From: Bulleidia sp.
GTDB taxonomy: Bacteria > Bacillota_I > Bacilli_A > Erysipelotrichales > Erysipelotrichaceae
Assembly: GCA_041859965.1 (NCBI GenBank)
Contig: JBFLGD010000007.1
Location: 11,885-75,884, forward strand
DNA: 64,000 nt
Direction of reading: 5' to 3'
Of the stretch, positions 55,172-64,000 are shown piece after piece. The notes beneath the pieces are model-generated. The model saw only the letters and a list, made by a program, of their open reading frames with translations. It did no database searches and was not told the origin of the DNA. How positions within the stretch are numbered: the stretch's first letter is position 1; every line of letters begins with the position of its first letter. Both the position numbers and the translations under genes were made by a program.

Positions 55172-56022
55172 CAACATTTTCAAAGAGCGTCAGAAGATAT
55201 GAGAAACTGTGTGTACAGAAACAGATTCCTGAAGAAACAGTAATGGCTTTTCTTGTTGAACTGTCACAGAAGGAGAGATACGATCTGTATCTTCACTATG
55301 AAGAGGAAATGCCGGAAGAACTCGAGAAGGCATTTGATGCTGGGATGGAACGAATACTTGATCATGAACCGATGGAACATATCATTGGCTATTCCTGGTT
55401 CTATGGGTACAAGATGATCGTCAACGAGGATGTTCTGATCCCACGTCCTGAAACTGAGGAACTGTGTGCCAATATACTGGCCGAGATAGATCGAAGGTTC
55501 CCTGGACAGGATAAGGTGGAATGTGCGGATATTGGCACTGGATCCGGAGCTATAGCAATTGCTGTAGCGAAAGAGGAACCGCGCGTGCATATGATGGCCA
55601 CGGATATTTCGGAAGAGGCTCTTGTAACAGCGAGAAGGAATGCAGAGCTGAATGGGGCGGATATCTCCTTTACAGCAGGTGATATGCTGAAGCCTTTGAT
55701 AGAGACCGGGAAGAAACTGGATGTCCTGATCTCCAATCCTCCCTATATTCCTGCGGAGGAAAAGATGGAGGAGTCTGTCGTTGGCTATGAGCCGCATGTG
55801 GCTTTGTTCGGCGGTGAGGACGGGCTGAAGTTCTATCGTGAAATATTCAATGACTGCAGGAAGGTTCTGAGGGATAAGGCTTTTATGGCATTTGAGATGG
55901 GCTGGGATCAGCGTGAACGAATGTCTGCTTTGGTGGAGAAAACTCTTCCCGAAGCAGAATACGAGATTCTGAAGGACATGAATGGGAAAGACAGGATGCT
56001 GCTGGTCTACTTTAACTGCTGA
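55168..56022 (+). CDS. prmC: Release factor glutamine methyltransferase
   Basis: LIPRPETE, DIGTGSG, SNPPY. Confidence 0.96.
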   Translation: MTTFSKSVRRYEKLCVQKQIPEETVMAFLVELSQKERYDLYLHYEEEMPEELEKAFDAGMERILDHEPMEHIIGYSWFYGYKMIVNEDVLIPRPETEELCANILAEIDRRFPGQDKVECADIGTGSGAIAIAVAKEEPRVHMMATDISEEALVTARRNAELNGADISFTAGDMLKPLIETGKKLDVLISNPPYIPAEEKMEESVVGYEPHVALFGGEDGLKFYREIFNDCRKVLRDKAFMAFEMGWDQRERMSALVEKTLPEAEYEILKDMNGKDRMLLVYFNC

Positions 56023-56125
56023 ATGAATGGGCGGCTGGATCGCTCTTTTTCTGCGTGGTCTCAGCAGATGTCGAAAGAATGAGCTGAATGGAGTATAATC
56101 ATGCAGGAAGCTGAGAAAATAAATT

Positions 56126-57994
56126 ATGAGAAAGTTCTATAGATTTATCAGCAGATACAGAGAAGTATTCATGATCATCATAGATACACTGACCGTGATC
56201 GTCTCCTACCTGCTTGCATACTATATAAGATCTGATTTTGGCAGAGCGGCATATGAGCTTGAAGCATATGCGGTGATCGACAACATGATCTGGGTGGTCC
56301 TGATCAATATCGCAACAGGGCTTCTATTCAGACTGAACCGTTCTCTTTGGATGTACGTTTCAGTGGATGAAGCATTCCGTGTAGGGACGGCGGTTTTCAC
56401 TGGAAACTTTGCATGGTGGCTGATCGTTATCGCTCTGCATATACCTTTCTACACAAGATCCATACCGATCATTGCAACACTGATTCAGCTGATTCTGATG
56501 CTTGGTATGAGAGTTATTTACCGCGTCATAAGAAGAGACAGTTCGCAGTCCACCAGAAATCATCGTGCATTGATACTTGGCGCAGGGACGGCAGGTGATA
56601 TGGCACTGCGTGAGATAACCTATTCAGACAGATATGATACAAAGGTAATCGGTTTCTTGGATAACAATAAAAAGAAGGTAAAGAAAAGAATCGGCGGTGT
56701 CAGTGTCCTTGGTACAGATGATGAGATGGCGGAGATCGTTGATAAATACAATATCGATACTGTCTTTATCGCTATCAAGAATATTTCCAAGACAGATCTC
56801 AAGAATCTGATTGAAAAGTGCAGAGCTTTGAATCTGCGTACAAAGATCATTTCTTTTGAGCTTAGAGATGATGCAATCTCGGCAGCGTCTGTCCGCAACG
56901 TCAGTATTAATGATCTGCTTGGACGCGGTGAGCTGAATCTGAATAATGATGAGATTGGTTCTTATCTTAGCGGCAAGACGGTCATGGTCACCGGCGCTGG
57001 GGGATCGATAGGTTCTGAACTGGTAAGGCAGATCATGAATTTCACACCGAAGAGAATCGTTCTTCTCGATATCTACGAAAATAATATGTACGACCTTCAG
57101 CAGGAGATCAATATTCTCCGCCGCAAGGGGGACGAGCAGGAGCAGACAGATGTTGTGTGTCTGCTTGGTTCGGTCAGAGATAAGCACAGGATCAATGAGA
57201 TCATGGCTAAGTATCATCCGGATGTTGTCTTCCATGCAGCAGCGCATAAGCATGTACCGCTTGTAGAGGGATCGCCGCTGGAGGCTATCAAGAACAATGT
57301 TTTTGGTACCAAGAATGTTATTGAATGCTGCATCATGAATGGTGTTAAGAAGTTTGTTATGATATCTACAGACAAGGCAGTACGCACTACCAATGTGATG
57401 GGTGCTACAAAAAGAATGTGTGAACTGTTCGTAGAGGCATATAAAAACAATGGGGTTACAAAGCTGTGCGCAGTCAGATTCGGCAATGTACTTGGATCAA
57501 GCGGATCTGTTATTCCTCTGTTTGAAAAACAGATTGAGAATGGCGGCCCGGTCACAGTTACTGATCCAAACATTATCCGCTATTTCATGACAATTCCAGA
57601 AGCAGCACAGCTGGTATTGCAGGCAGGTGCTTATGCGGATACGGGAGAAATATTTATTCTGGATATGGGCAAGCCTGTAAAGATTAAGGATCTTGCTGAG
57701 AATCTGATTGAATTATCGGGATTGATTCCAGGGGAAGATATTGAGATTAAGTACACAGGGCTGCGGCCTGGTGAAAAGTTGTATGAAGAATTGCTAGTGG
57801 ATCCAACGACTGCCACAAAGACAGACAATAACCTGATCTTTGTAGCAACACCTGAGGATATCAGCTTTGAGGAAGTGAATGAAAAAGCCGACAGGCTTCA
57901 GAATCTGCTGGACAGCGATGATGCGGAGAATGATAAGATCATCAGTATCATCACATCTGAACCTGACGATAAACAGACGGATCAGGCTGCCTGA
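56126..57994 (+). CDS. CapD/PglF-like membrane-bound UDP-GlcNAc 4,6-dehydratase
   Basis: 4 TMs, CoA-binding-like domain, TGAGGSIGSEL, HAAAHKHVP, STDKAV, YxxxK variant MGATK, VRFGNV. Confidence 0.92.
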   Translation: MRKFYRFISRYREVFMIIIDTLTVIVSYLLAYYIRSDFGRAAYELEAYAVIDNMIWVVLINIATGLLFRLNRSLWMYVSVDEAFRVGTAVFTGNFAWWLIVIALHIPFYTRSIPIIATLIQLILMLGMRVIYRVIRRDSSQSTRNHRALILGAGTAGDMALREITYSDRYDTKVIGFLDNNKKKVKKRIGGVSVLGTDDEMAEIVDKYNIDTVFIAIKNISKTDLKNLIEKCRALNLRTKIISFELRDDAISAASVRNVSINDLLGRGELNLNNDEIGSYLSGKTVMVTGAGGSIGSELVRQIMNFTPKRIVLLDIYENNMYDLQQEINILRRKGDEQEQTDVVCLLGSVRDKHRINEIMAKYHPDVVFHAAAHKHVPLVEGSPLEAIKNNVFGTKNVIECCIMNGVKKFVMISTDKAVRTTNVMGATKRMCELFVEAYKNNGVTKLCAVRFGNVLGSSGSVIPLFEKQIENGGPVTVTDPNIIRYFMTIPEAAQLVLQAGAYADTGEIFILDMGKPVKIKDLAENLIELSGLIPGEDIEIKYTGLRPGEKLYEELLVDPTTATKTDNNLIFVATPEDISFEEVNEKADRLQNLLDSDDAENDKIISIITSEPDDKQTDQAA

Positions 57995-58110
57995 GGACAG
58001 TATGATTCGTTTTCTTTTTCCCATAAAGTCACACAAAACATACACACGGGCATATAAAAATAGTTGGAGAAATATGATAAAATTGTTAGGCAATTATTTG
58101 GAGGTTTGAC

Positions 58111-58875
58111 ATGAATAAAGCCGAACAGAATAAAGGAAAAAAGAAAAAGAATGCCAACAATCGTCTGGTCGCTATACTTCTGATTGTATGCCTAGCGGTA
58201 ACCGGCGCCTTTGTTTTCAATATAGTGCGTATTCTTGTAGCGGACAGCGGCAGCGGTTCTACCGTTGATACGGATCAGAATGAATCGAACAGTGCCTATA
58301 CTATCGGGAACAATCCTACGGATGTCAACAAAGAGTACTTTAAGGAACTGACAGATGCAGTGAATGGCCTGAAGGATGATGACGATGATACGCATGTTAC
58401 ATTAGCAACTGCTCTTGTAAAGACATTTATTACTGAGTACTATACGTGGACCAATAAGGACGGCAACTATGATATCGGCGGAATGCAGTATATGTTTAAG
58501 CCGAAGCAGACTGATTTTGAGGATTATACACTGGATAATTTTTATGCGGACATGGATCTTTATATTTCACAGTATGGACGTGCCAAACTGATGCAGGTAA
58601 AGAAAGTTGCTGTAGACAGTGCGCAGAAGGCGGCAGATTATACGGTTGCTCTGCCTGCTGATACAAGTGAAGTTACAGATGATTCAGCAGTTCAGACGGA
58701 GACTCTGCCTTGTGTAGAGGTATCTGCTACATGGACTTATGAAGATAACAGTTCGATTGATACCGCACAATTCCAGAATCATGCAGTATTTGAAGTTGTA
58801 AATGATTCAGGACGCTGGGAGATTGGCGCAATTACGAATACAACATCGTCAGCAAATACCACGGAAGCAAACTGA
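58111..58875 (+). CDS. Membrane-anchored extracytoplasmic protein, possible NTF2-like fold
   Basis: Basic N-terminus + TM; C-terminal FEVVNDSGRWEIGAI strand pattern. Confidence 0.65.
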   Translation: MNKAEQNKGKKKKNANNRLVAILLIVCLAVTGAFVFNIVRILVADSGSGSTVDTDQNESNSAYTIGNNPTDVNKEYFKELTDAVNGLKDDDDDTHVTLATALVKTFITEYYTWTNKDGNYDIGGMQYMFKPKQTDFEDYTLDNFYADMDLYISQYGRAKLMQVKKVAVDSAQKAADYTVALPADTSEVTDDSAVQTETLPCVEVSATWTYEDNSSIDTAQFQNHAVFEVVNDSGRWEIGAITNTTSSANTTEAN

Positions 58876-58885
58876 TAAGGAGAAA

Positions 58886-60814
58886 ATGAGTATGAGTGCA
58901 AATATTGACCAGGACAGAACTCAGGATCTTCCAACAGTTCCGGAGGAAATGTGTACAGCACCAAAGGCACCGGTATTCCCGGATAATCCCCAAAATATGA
59001 ATTCAGCGGGCAATGGCCCAGACAGCAGGAATAAGAAGCAGAAGAAACAGTCAAAGGGAAGATTTCATAAGGATACAAAAGCACTGAATATCGTAATGAC
59101 GATATTGACGATTGCAATCAATGCTGTTGTGTTCTATGCAATGTTCAATTTGAGCAGGTATGCATCTTTCAGCAAGAAAACATTTGTATTGATCAATGTG
59201 GCAGTGCTTCTCGTGCTGCTGATCTATAACGTTCTGATTATCATGCTGATACGTTCCAAGAAGATATTCATCTTTGTTATTGATGTGATCGTAGCTGCAT
59301 TGCTGACCGGAGTTGGCGGATATGCAGTTTATGCATTGTTCAGAGTAGACTCTAATGTTAATAAGATAACAGGATCCACAGATGAGGAAGATGTTTCTGC
59401 CAGTCTTGTTGTTTATAATGGCAGCAGCAATTCTCTGATTACGGATACTGCTGATCTGGATGGCAAGACAGTAGGCATTGCCAAGGATACAAAGACAGCT
59501 GAGATTGCAAAGAAGAAGCTTTCAGCAGAGGGAATCAATGTTACCTATGCGGAACTTCCTGGATATACTGATGTATTTACGAACCTAGTAAATGGAAAGA
59601 TAGACTGTGCTGTTCTGCCGGTTACATACCAGTCTGACTATGCAGATGATTCAACACTGTCTCAGTATCTGACTGAATGCACTTCCATACTGGATTTCAG
59701 TGATACGGTCACAACAACAACTAGCAGCGGCGCAGATAAGGATATTACGACAGAACCATTTACGGTACTTGTTACAGGTGAGAATCAGGGCCTGGCTGAT
59801 ACGATTATTCTGATGACAGTCAATCCAATCAGTATGAAGATTGTTATGACTTCCATAGCACGTGATTCCTTTGTGCCAATTACCTGTTATAACGGTACAG
59901 ATTCAAAGATCAACAGTGCACATGCTGTCAGTGAGGACTGTATGGTAAAGACAGTTGAAGAACTGACTGGTGTGGATATTGATTACACGATTGAATTTAA
60001 CTTCGCATCTGTCATACAGGTAGTAGATGCGGTTGGCGGAGTTGATGTTGATATTCCTGTATCCTTTGATGCACAGGGATGGGATGTTACAACAGATTCT
60101 CTCTATGTTATTCCTCTGCAGGCAGGCAATAACGTTCATTTGAATGGTATGGAAGCACTTGGCTTTGCAAGAGAAAGAATGGCTTTTGCAGATGGCGACT
60201 TTGCAAGACAGAGGCATCAGCAGGAAATCATTGAGCAGGTTGTGTCTAAAATAATGGCAACAAAGAATCCACAGACATTCCTTGATATTCTGGATGCTGC
60301 TGGTGACAACATTAAGACAAACTTCTCAGTGAATCAGATGACAAGTTTCATCAGCTATGCAATGCAGAAGGCAAAGCGCTATTACAACTCTGATTCTGTA
60401 TCAGGACTGTTCCATTTCGTGACATCCAGAATCTATGGCTACAATGCGAACATCTGGGATTCCAGTTTAGGTATGAATCTGTACATTTATAGACTGTATA
60501 ATGGATCGATTTCTGACAACGCAGAGGCATTGAAGAGAAATGAAGATATGACATCTTCCATAGGCACATCTGTACCAGTGGATTGGAGTGCTGCAAATAC
60601 ATATGAAGCAGATCCTATATCGCAGGAAACGTACAGTGAAGCGACGATAACAGACACAGGAGAGCCAACAGCAACACCAGAAGCAACAGCGGTGGCGACA
60701 GCAACACCAGAACCGACAGCTGCATCAACCCCAGATAGCAATTCGGAGAATACAAATTCTAGTGACGGAGCTGAAGGCGAAAATCCTAGTGAGACCGAAA
60801 ACGCTGCAGGCTAA
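58886..60814 (+). CDS. LCP (LytR-CpsA-Psr) protein with PBP2-like accessory domain (CpsA-like)
   Basis: 3 TMs; ADTIIL, SIARD, KINSAH, ALGFARER, DFARQRHQQ; P/T/A-rich tail. Confidence 0.9.
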   Translation: MSMSANIDQDRTQDLPTVPEEMCTAPKAPVFPDNPQNMNSAGNGPDSRNKKQKKQSKGRFHKDTKALNIVMTILTIAINAVVFYAMFNLSRYASFSKKTFVLINVAVLLVLLIYNVLIIMLIRSKKIFIFVIDVIVAALLTGVGGYAVYALFRVDSNVNKITGSTDEEDVSASLVVYNGSSNSLITDTADLDGKTVGIAKDTKTAEIAKKKLSAEGINVTYAELPGYTDVFTNLVNGKIDCAVLPVTYQSDYADDSTLSQYLTECTSILDFSDTVTTTTSSGADKDITTEPFTVLVTGENQGLADTIILMTVNPISMKIVMTSIARDSFVPITCYNGTDSKINSAHAVSEDCMVKTVEELTGVDIDYTIEFNFASVIQVVDAVGGVDVDIPVSFDAQGWDVTTDSLYVIPLQAGNNVHLNGMEALGFARERMAFADGDFARQRHQQEIIEQVVSKIMATKNPQTFLDILDAAGDNIKTNFSVNQMTSFISYAMQKAKRYYNSDSVSGLFHFVTSRIYGYNANIWDSSLGMNLYIYRLYNGSISDNAEALKRNEDMTSSIGTSVPVDWSAANTYEADPISQETYSEATITDTGEPTATPEATAVATATPEPTAASTPDSNSENTNSSDGAEGENPSETENAAG

Positions 60815-60863
60815 ATGCTAGATTCAGAGAATACTAAGAGTACATTACAGATAGATAGCATTT

Positions 60864-60903
60864 GAGAGTCTACATGTTTGACATGTGGATTCTCTTTCTT
60901 TTC
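60864..60903 (+). terminator. Terminator after LCP gene
   Basis: GAGAGTCTACATG-tttga-CATGTGGATTCTC-T run. Confidence 0.75.
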
Positions 60904-61044
60904 ATAAGGATGATTACGCAATAATGCCACCGATACTGCACGTTGGCAGTGTTACTGAATGACTTATGCTTATGAAAAATCACGTGGCTATTTTCATAGA
61001 ACAAAAGGAAATCTAAGATAAAAGTAGAATTTTATATTGTTTTA

Positions 61045-62252
61045 CGCTAAGTTCAAGACAATAGTTGGTGATCGTTGAAAACACCATAGTGAAACTCTTC
61101 GTATGCTTGTCTGAGATCAATAGGCATAGGAACCTTGCATACGTTTATTGTTGTGATACTGATCTGTTTCTTCATGGCTGCTAAATAGGATTCTACTTTT
61201 CTTCTTTTTCCATCAATCCGATATTTAAGCTGTTTACAGAAGACAAGCCAGTTTAGATATCCTGGCAGATGCCGTGTACTGACCCCATGTTTCTTTTTGT
61301 TAAGATCGCTTAACATCTGATGAATCTGGTTGATATCAGCCAACGTTTTCCCCTTTGGTGATTTATACCCAGTTGTGGGAATAACTTCAGCGGTCATGCC
61401 ATTCTCATAGGCAAATGTCCTGAGACATGCCTTCTCATCGCAGATTATTGAAGAACCGGATTTGAAATGTTCTCTGAATGGATCAAGTTTAGCTTTATCC
61501 TCAGCACCTAATCCGGCAATCTTGAAAAAGACATTATCATGGCTGTCTATCGCAGATATCAGGCACACTTTATGATGACTGATCCCACGCAAATTCTTTT
61601 CTGAATATCTCTTACTCTTCTGAGACCTTCCTCTTTTTTTGGAAATTCTAGGCATATTCACCGGTTTTGTACCTTTTAGATTAATCTTCTCATAGGTTGG
61701 ATCCAGTTCTATTTCATCATGCAGAACAGTTCTATCCTGTATATCAGAAAGTGCATCATACAGTTTATGACGCATATTAAAGCATGTTGTCTTAGATTTA
61801 CTGATTGTTATCACTTCCTGCTCGAGTGTCAGGCTGTTGATCTCACAGGCAATGAAATCAATCCAATCATGATAGGAAGTGTTTGAGTAAGCGAATACTG
61901 TTCCAGATGTCGGTACATATGTTCTCTTGCAGTCCTTACAGAGATATCTTTGTTTTGCGGACTTCTTTCCATAGTTGTAGCCCCATTTAATAACGTGCTT
62001 AGATCCACATTTAGGACAGCAGTTAACAGAGGCATTCAGATTTTCGTAGTTTGTTGTGTCTGGCGTAACTTTTTCACGGTAAAGCTCAAGAATGTAGGCA
62101 TAAACATATTCAGCTTCAATAGGTGACATCTTTTGCAGTTCTTTTCTACTCAATAACATATATTGTCCTCGACTTATATGCTCAGTGTAGAGTTATTTCT
62201 TCAAAATACTGTGCATAGATATGTACTACCAACTAATCTCTTGAACTTAGCG
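61045..62252 (-). mobile_element. IS1595-family insertion sequence (1,208 bp)
   Basis: IRs CGCTAAGTTCAAGACAATAGTTGGT (61045-61069) and 62228-62252, 23/25 match; 8-bp direct repeat TTGTTTTA at 61037-61044 and 62253-62260. Confidence 0.93.
61053..62159 (-). CDS. IS1595-family DDE/N transposase with zinc ribbon
   Basis: CPKCG..YLCKDC zinc ribbon, HTH, ELDPTY, ICDEK, INQIH, YLNW. Confidence 0.9.
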   Translation of the reverse strand: MLLSRKELQKMSPIEAEYVYAYILELYREKVTPDTTNYENLNASVNCCPKCGSKHVIKWGYNYGKKSAKQRYLCKDCKRTYVPTSGTVFAYSNTSYHDWIDFIACEINSLTLEQEVITISKSKTTCFNMRHKLYDALSDIQDRTVLHDEIELDPTYEKINLKGTKPVNMPRISKKRGRSQKSKRYSEKNLRGISHHKVCLISAIDSHDNVFFKIAGLGAEDKAKLDPFREHFKSGSSIICDEKACLRTFAYENGMTAEVIPTTGYKSPKGKTLADINQIHQMLSDLNKKKHGVSTRHLPGYLNWLVFCKQLKYRIDGKRRKVESYLAAMKKQISITTINVCKVPMPIDLRQAYEEFHYGVFNDHQLLS

Positions 62253-62300
62253 TTGTTTTAAAATTATTCCTGTGGCATATTATATACAGATATAAGAAAT

Positions 62301-62325
62301 GGGTTGTTACTGAAAAGGCAAAACC
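62301..62325 (+). promoter_or_regulatory. RAT (ribonucleic antiterminator) site
   Basis: GGGTTGTTACTG-aaa-AGGCAAAACC, BglG/LicT consensus. Confidence 0.9.
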
Positions 62326-62370
62326 AGTTTTTATTACCAGGGTGTATTGGTAATGGAACTGGTTTTATTT
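62322..62370 (+). terminator. RAT-overlapping attenuator terminator
   Basis: ACCAGTT..ATTACCA-gggtgtat-TGGTAAT..AACTGGT-TTTATTT. Confidence 0.85.
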
Positions 62371-62402
62371 ATTGGGGATAAGAAGAATGAAAGGGGGATT
62401 CT

Positions 62403-63239
62403 ATGAAGGTCGAAAAAGTCATTAACAATAATATTGTTTCTGCATTTGATTCTGATCATGTCGAAGTCATCGTCATGGGAAGAGGATTAGGATTTGGATG
62501 CAAGCCTGGGCAGATCATTCCTGAAGATAAGATTGAAAAAATATTTAGAATTACAAAGTCAGATGTTGCTAGAAAGTTTGAAGACTTGCTGACCAACATG
62601 CCTCTTGAACATCTTCAAATCTCAAGTGATGTTATTGAATATGCAAAGAAGCATCTGCACCATGAGCTGAATCCAAGCATTTATGTTACCTTGACAGATC
62701 ATATTGATTTTGTTCTGAAGAGAGTCAGAGAAGGAATCAGTATTGAGAATGCATTGCTATTGGAAACAAAGACGTATTACGAAAATGAATATGAAATTGG
62801 CCGATATGCAATTGAACTGATAGAAGAGAGATTGCATGTTCAGCTGCCGGATGATGAAGCAGGATTTATAGCACTGCACTTTGTAAACAGTGAATACGGT
62901 GAAAATATTAAAGATGCAGCAAAGTTCCCGAATCTGCTGAAGGAAATCATAGGAATTATTCAGACGGATCTGCATAAAAAGCTTGATGTAAATTCACTGC
63001 ATTACAGCAGGCTTGTAACGCATGTAAAGTTCCTGCTGCAAAGAATCTACCGCAATGAACTGCTTCCGGATGATGAGATGCAGATGATACGTCTGATGCA
63101 GGATAAATATCACAGAGAATATGCATGCAGTATAAAGATAGCTGATTATCTTGAAAAGGAAACGGGCTGCAGACTGTCCGATGAGGAAATAATGTATATG
63201 GCTATTCATATACGCAGAGCTACTGGCGAAGAGAATTAG
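62403..63239 (+). CDS. BglG/LicT family PRD antiterminator
   Basis: KVINNNIV..VMGRGLGF CAT domain; TLTDHI, FIALHF, LVTHV, YMAIHI PRD histidines. Confidence 0.95.
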   Translation: MKVEKVINNNIVSAFDSDHVEVIVMGRGLGFGCKPGQIIPEDKIEKIFRITKSDVARKFEDLLTNMPLEHLQISSDVIEYAKKHLHHELNPSIYVTLTDHIDFVLKRVREGISIENALLLETKTYYENEYEIGRYAIELIEERLHVQLPDDEAGFIALHFVNSEYGENIKDAAKFPNLLKEIIGIIQTDLHKKLDVNSLHYSRLVTHVKFLLQRIYRNELLPDDEMQMIRLMQDKYHREYACSIKIADYLEKETGCRLSDEEIMYMAIHIRRATGEEN

Positions 63240-63254
63240 GGAAAGAAGGCGCAT

Positions 63255-63731
63255 ATGTTCGATCAGTTTAGAAAAAAGAAAAAAATCGGATCCCCTGTAA
63301 TGGGAAAGAGTATTCCCCTAAAGGAGGTTCCAGATCCAACGTTCAGTGAGGAACTTGTTGGTAAAGGCGCAGCGGTGATTCCATCTGAAGGAAAGATATA
63401 TGCACCGTGTGATGGAAAAGTCACTGTTCTGTTTGAAACACTGCACGCTGTCTGTATTCAGACAGACTATGATGCAGAAATACTGATACACATTGGTCTT
63501 GATACAGTCCTGATGAAGGGCGATGGATTCAAGGCGCATGTCAAGGTTGATGACATGGTAAAGAAGGGTGATCTGCTGATTGAAGTAGATCTTGAGAAAG
63601 TAAAGAATGCAGGACACAGCATCGTTACACCGATTGTTGTATGCAATCCAACGGTTTTCAAAGATGTGCAGTCATCTGCAGGCAGTGACAAGAAGCCTGG
63701 CGATGATCTAATCACCGTCACACTGAAGTAG
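63255..63731 (+). CDS. crr: PTS EIIA, glucose family
   Basis: VPDPTFS..LVGKG, TLHAV, LIHIGLDTV. Confidence 0.93.
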   Translation: MFDQFRKKKKIGSPVMGKSIPLKEVPDPTFSEELVGKGAAVIPSEGKIYAPCDGKVTVLFETLHAVCIQTDYDAEILIHIGLDTVLMKGDGFKAHVKVDDMVKKGDLLIEVDLEKVKNAGHSIVTPIVVCNPTVFKDVQSSAGSDKKPGDDLITVTLK

Positions 63732-63791
63732 TATTTTTGATCGGCTAGGGGATTGCCGGTCTGGAATAAAAAAGAGGAGGAATAAAAGGTT

Positions 63792-64000
63792 ATGATGAAG
63801 TTTTTGCAGAAGCTCGGCAAAGCGCTGATGCTTCCGGTAGCCTGCCTGCCATTATGCGGTATTCTGATGGGCATCGGCTATCTGCTCTGTCCTGCATCTA
63901 TGCAGGGTGGAACTATCACAGGTTTTTTACCAACATTCGGTTTGTTCTTAGTTAAAGCGGGTGGAGCTTTAATTGATAACATTGCTCTGCTGTTCGTTGT
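63792..64000 (+). CDS. PTS EIIC(B), glucose/N-acetylglucosamine class, 3'-truncated
   Basis: MMKFLQKLGKALMLPVACLPLCGILMGIG; NagE-like start. Confidence 0.85.
   Translation, partial: MMKFLQKLGKALMLPVACLPLCGILMGIGYLLCPASMQGGTITGFLPTFGLFLVKAGGALIDNIALLFV

Overview
Bacterial chromosomal window, about 60 CDS, standard code, no CRISPR array, prophage or rRNA seen. It looks like a low-GC Firmicute; Erysipelotrichaceae-like is my inference from gene content and protein style, not a database result. (1) 1-13.6 kb is a complete Gram-positive type IV pilus locus (pilB, pilT, pilC, major pilin, pilD, pilMNO). It contains an inverted pair of paralogous pilins, one broken by a single in-frame TGA, a non-canonical Cys-containing pilin-like gene, and a ~1,730-aa giant pilin with beta-helix modules. 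(2) 16.5-22.3 kb is a dlt-like operon (SGNH, MBOAT, adenylation enzyme, PLP decarboxylase-family enzyme, carrier protein, convergent AcpS). Its adenylation pocket does not look like DltA. It is the best candidate for an undescribed system: carrier-tethered amino-acid decarboxylation followed by transfer to a surface polymer. (3) 22-61 kb is mostly housekeeping: MATE, sbcDC, tex, a yybP-ykoY riboswitch ahead of a frameshifted P-type ATPase, ppk1, tRNA-Pro(CGG), trmD, azlCD, murA, rpmE, an RpoD-type sigma, prfA, prmC, a CapD-like dehydratase and an LCP protein. (4) 61-64 kb has an intact IS1595-family element (25-bp IRs, 8-bp TSD) inserted at the promoter of a RAT/BglG-controlled PTS operon. All motif, coordinate and alignment work was done by eye and needs computational confirmation.
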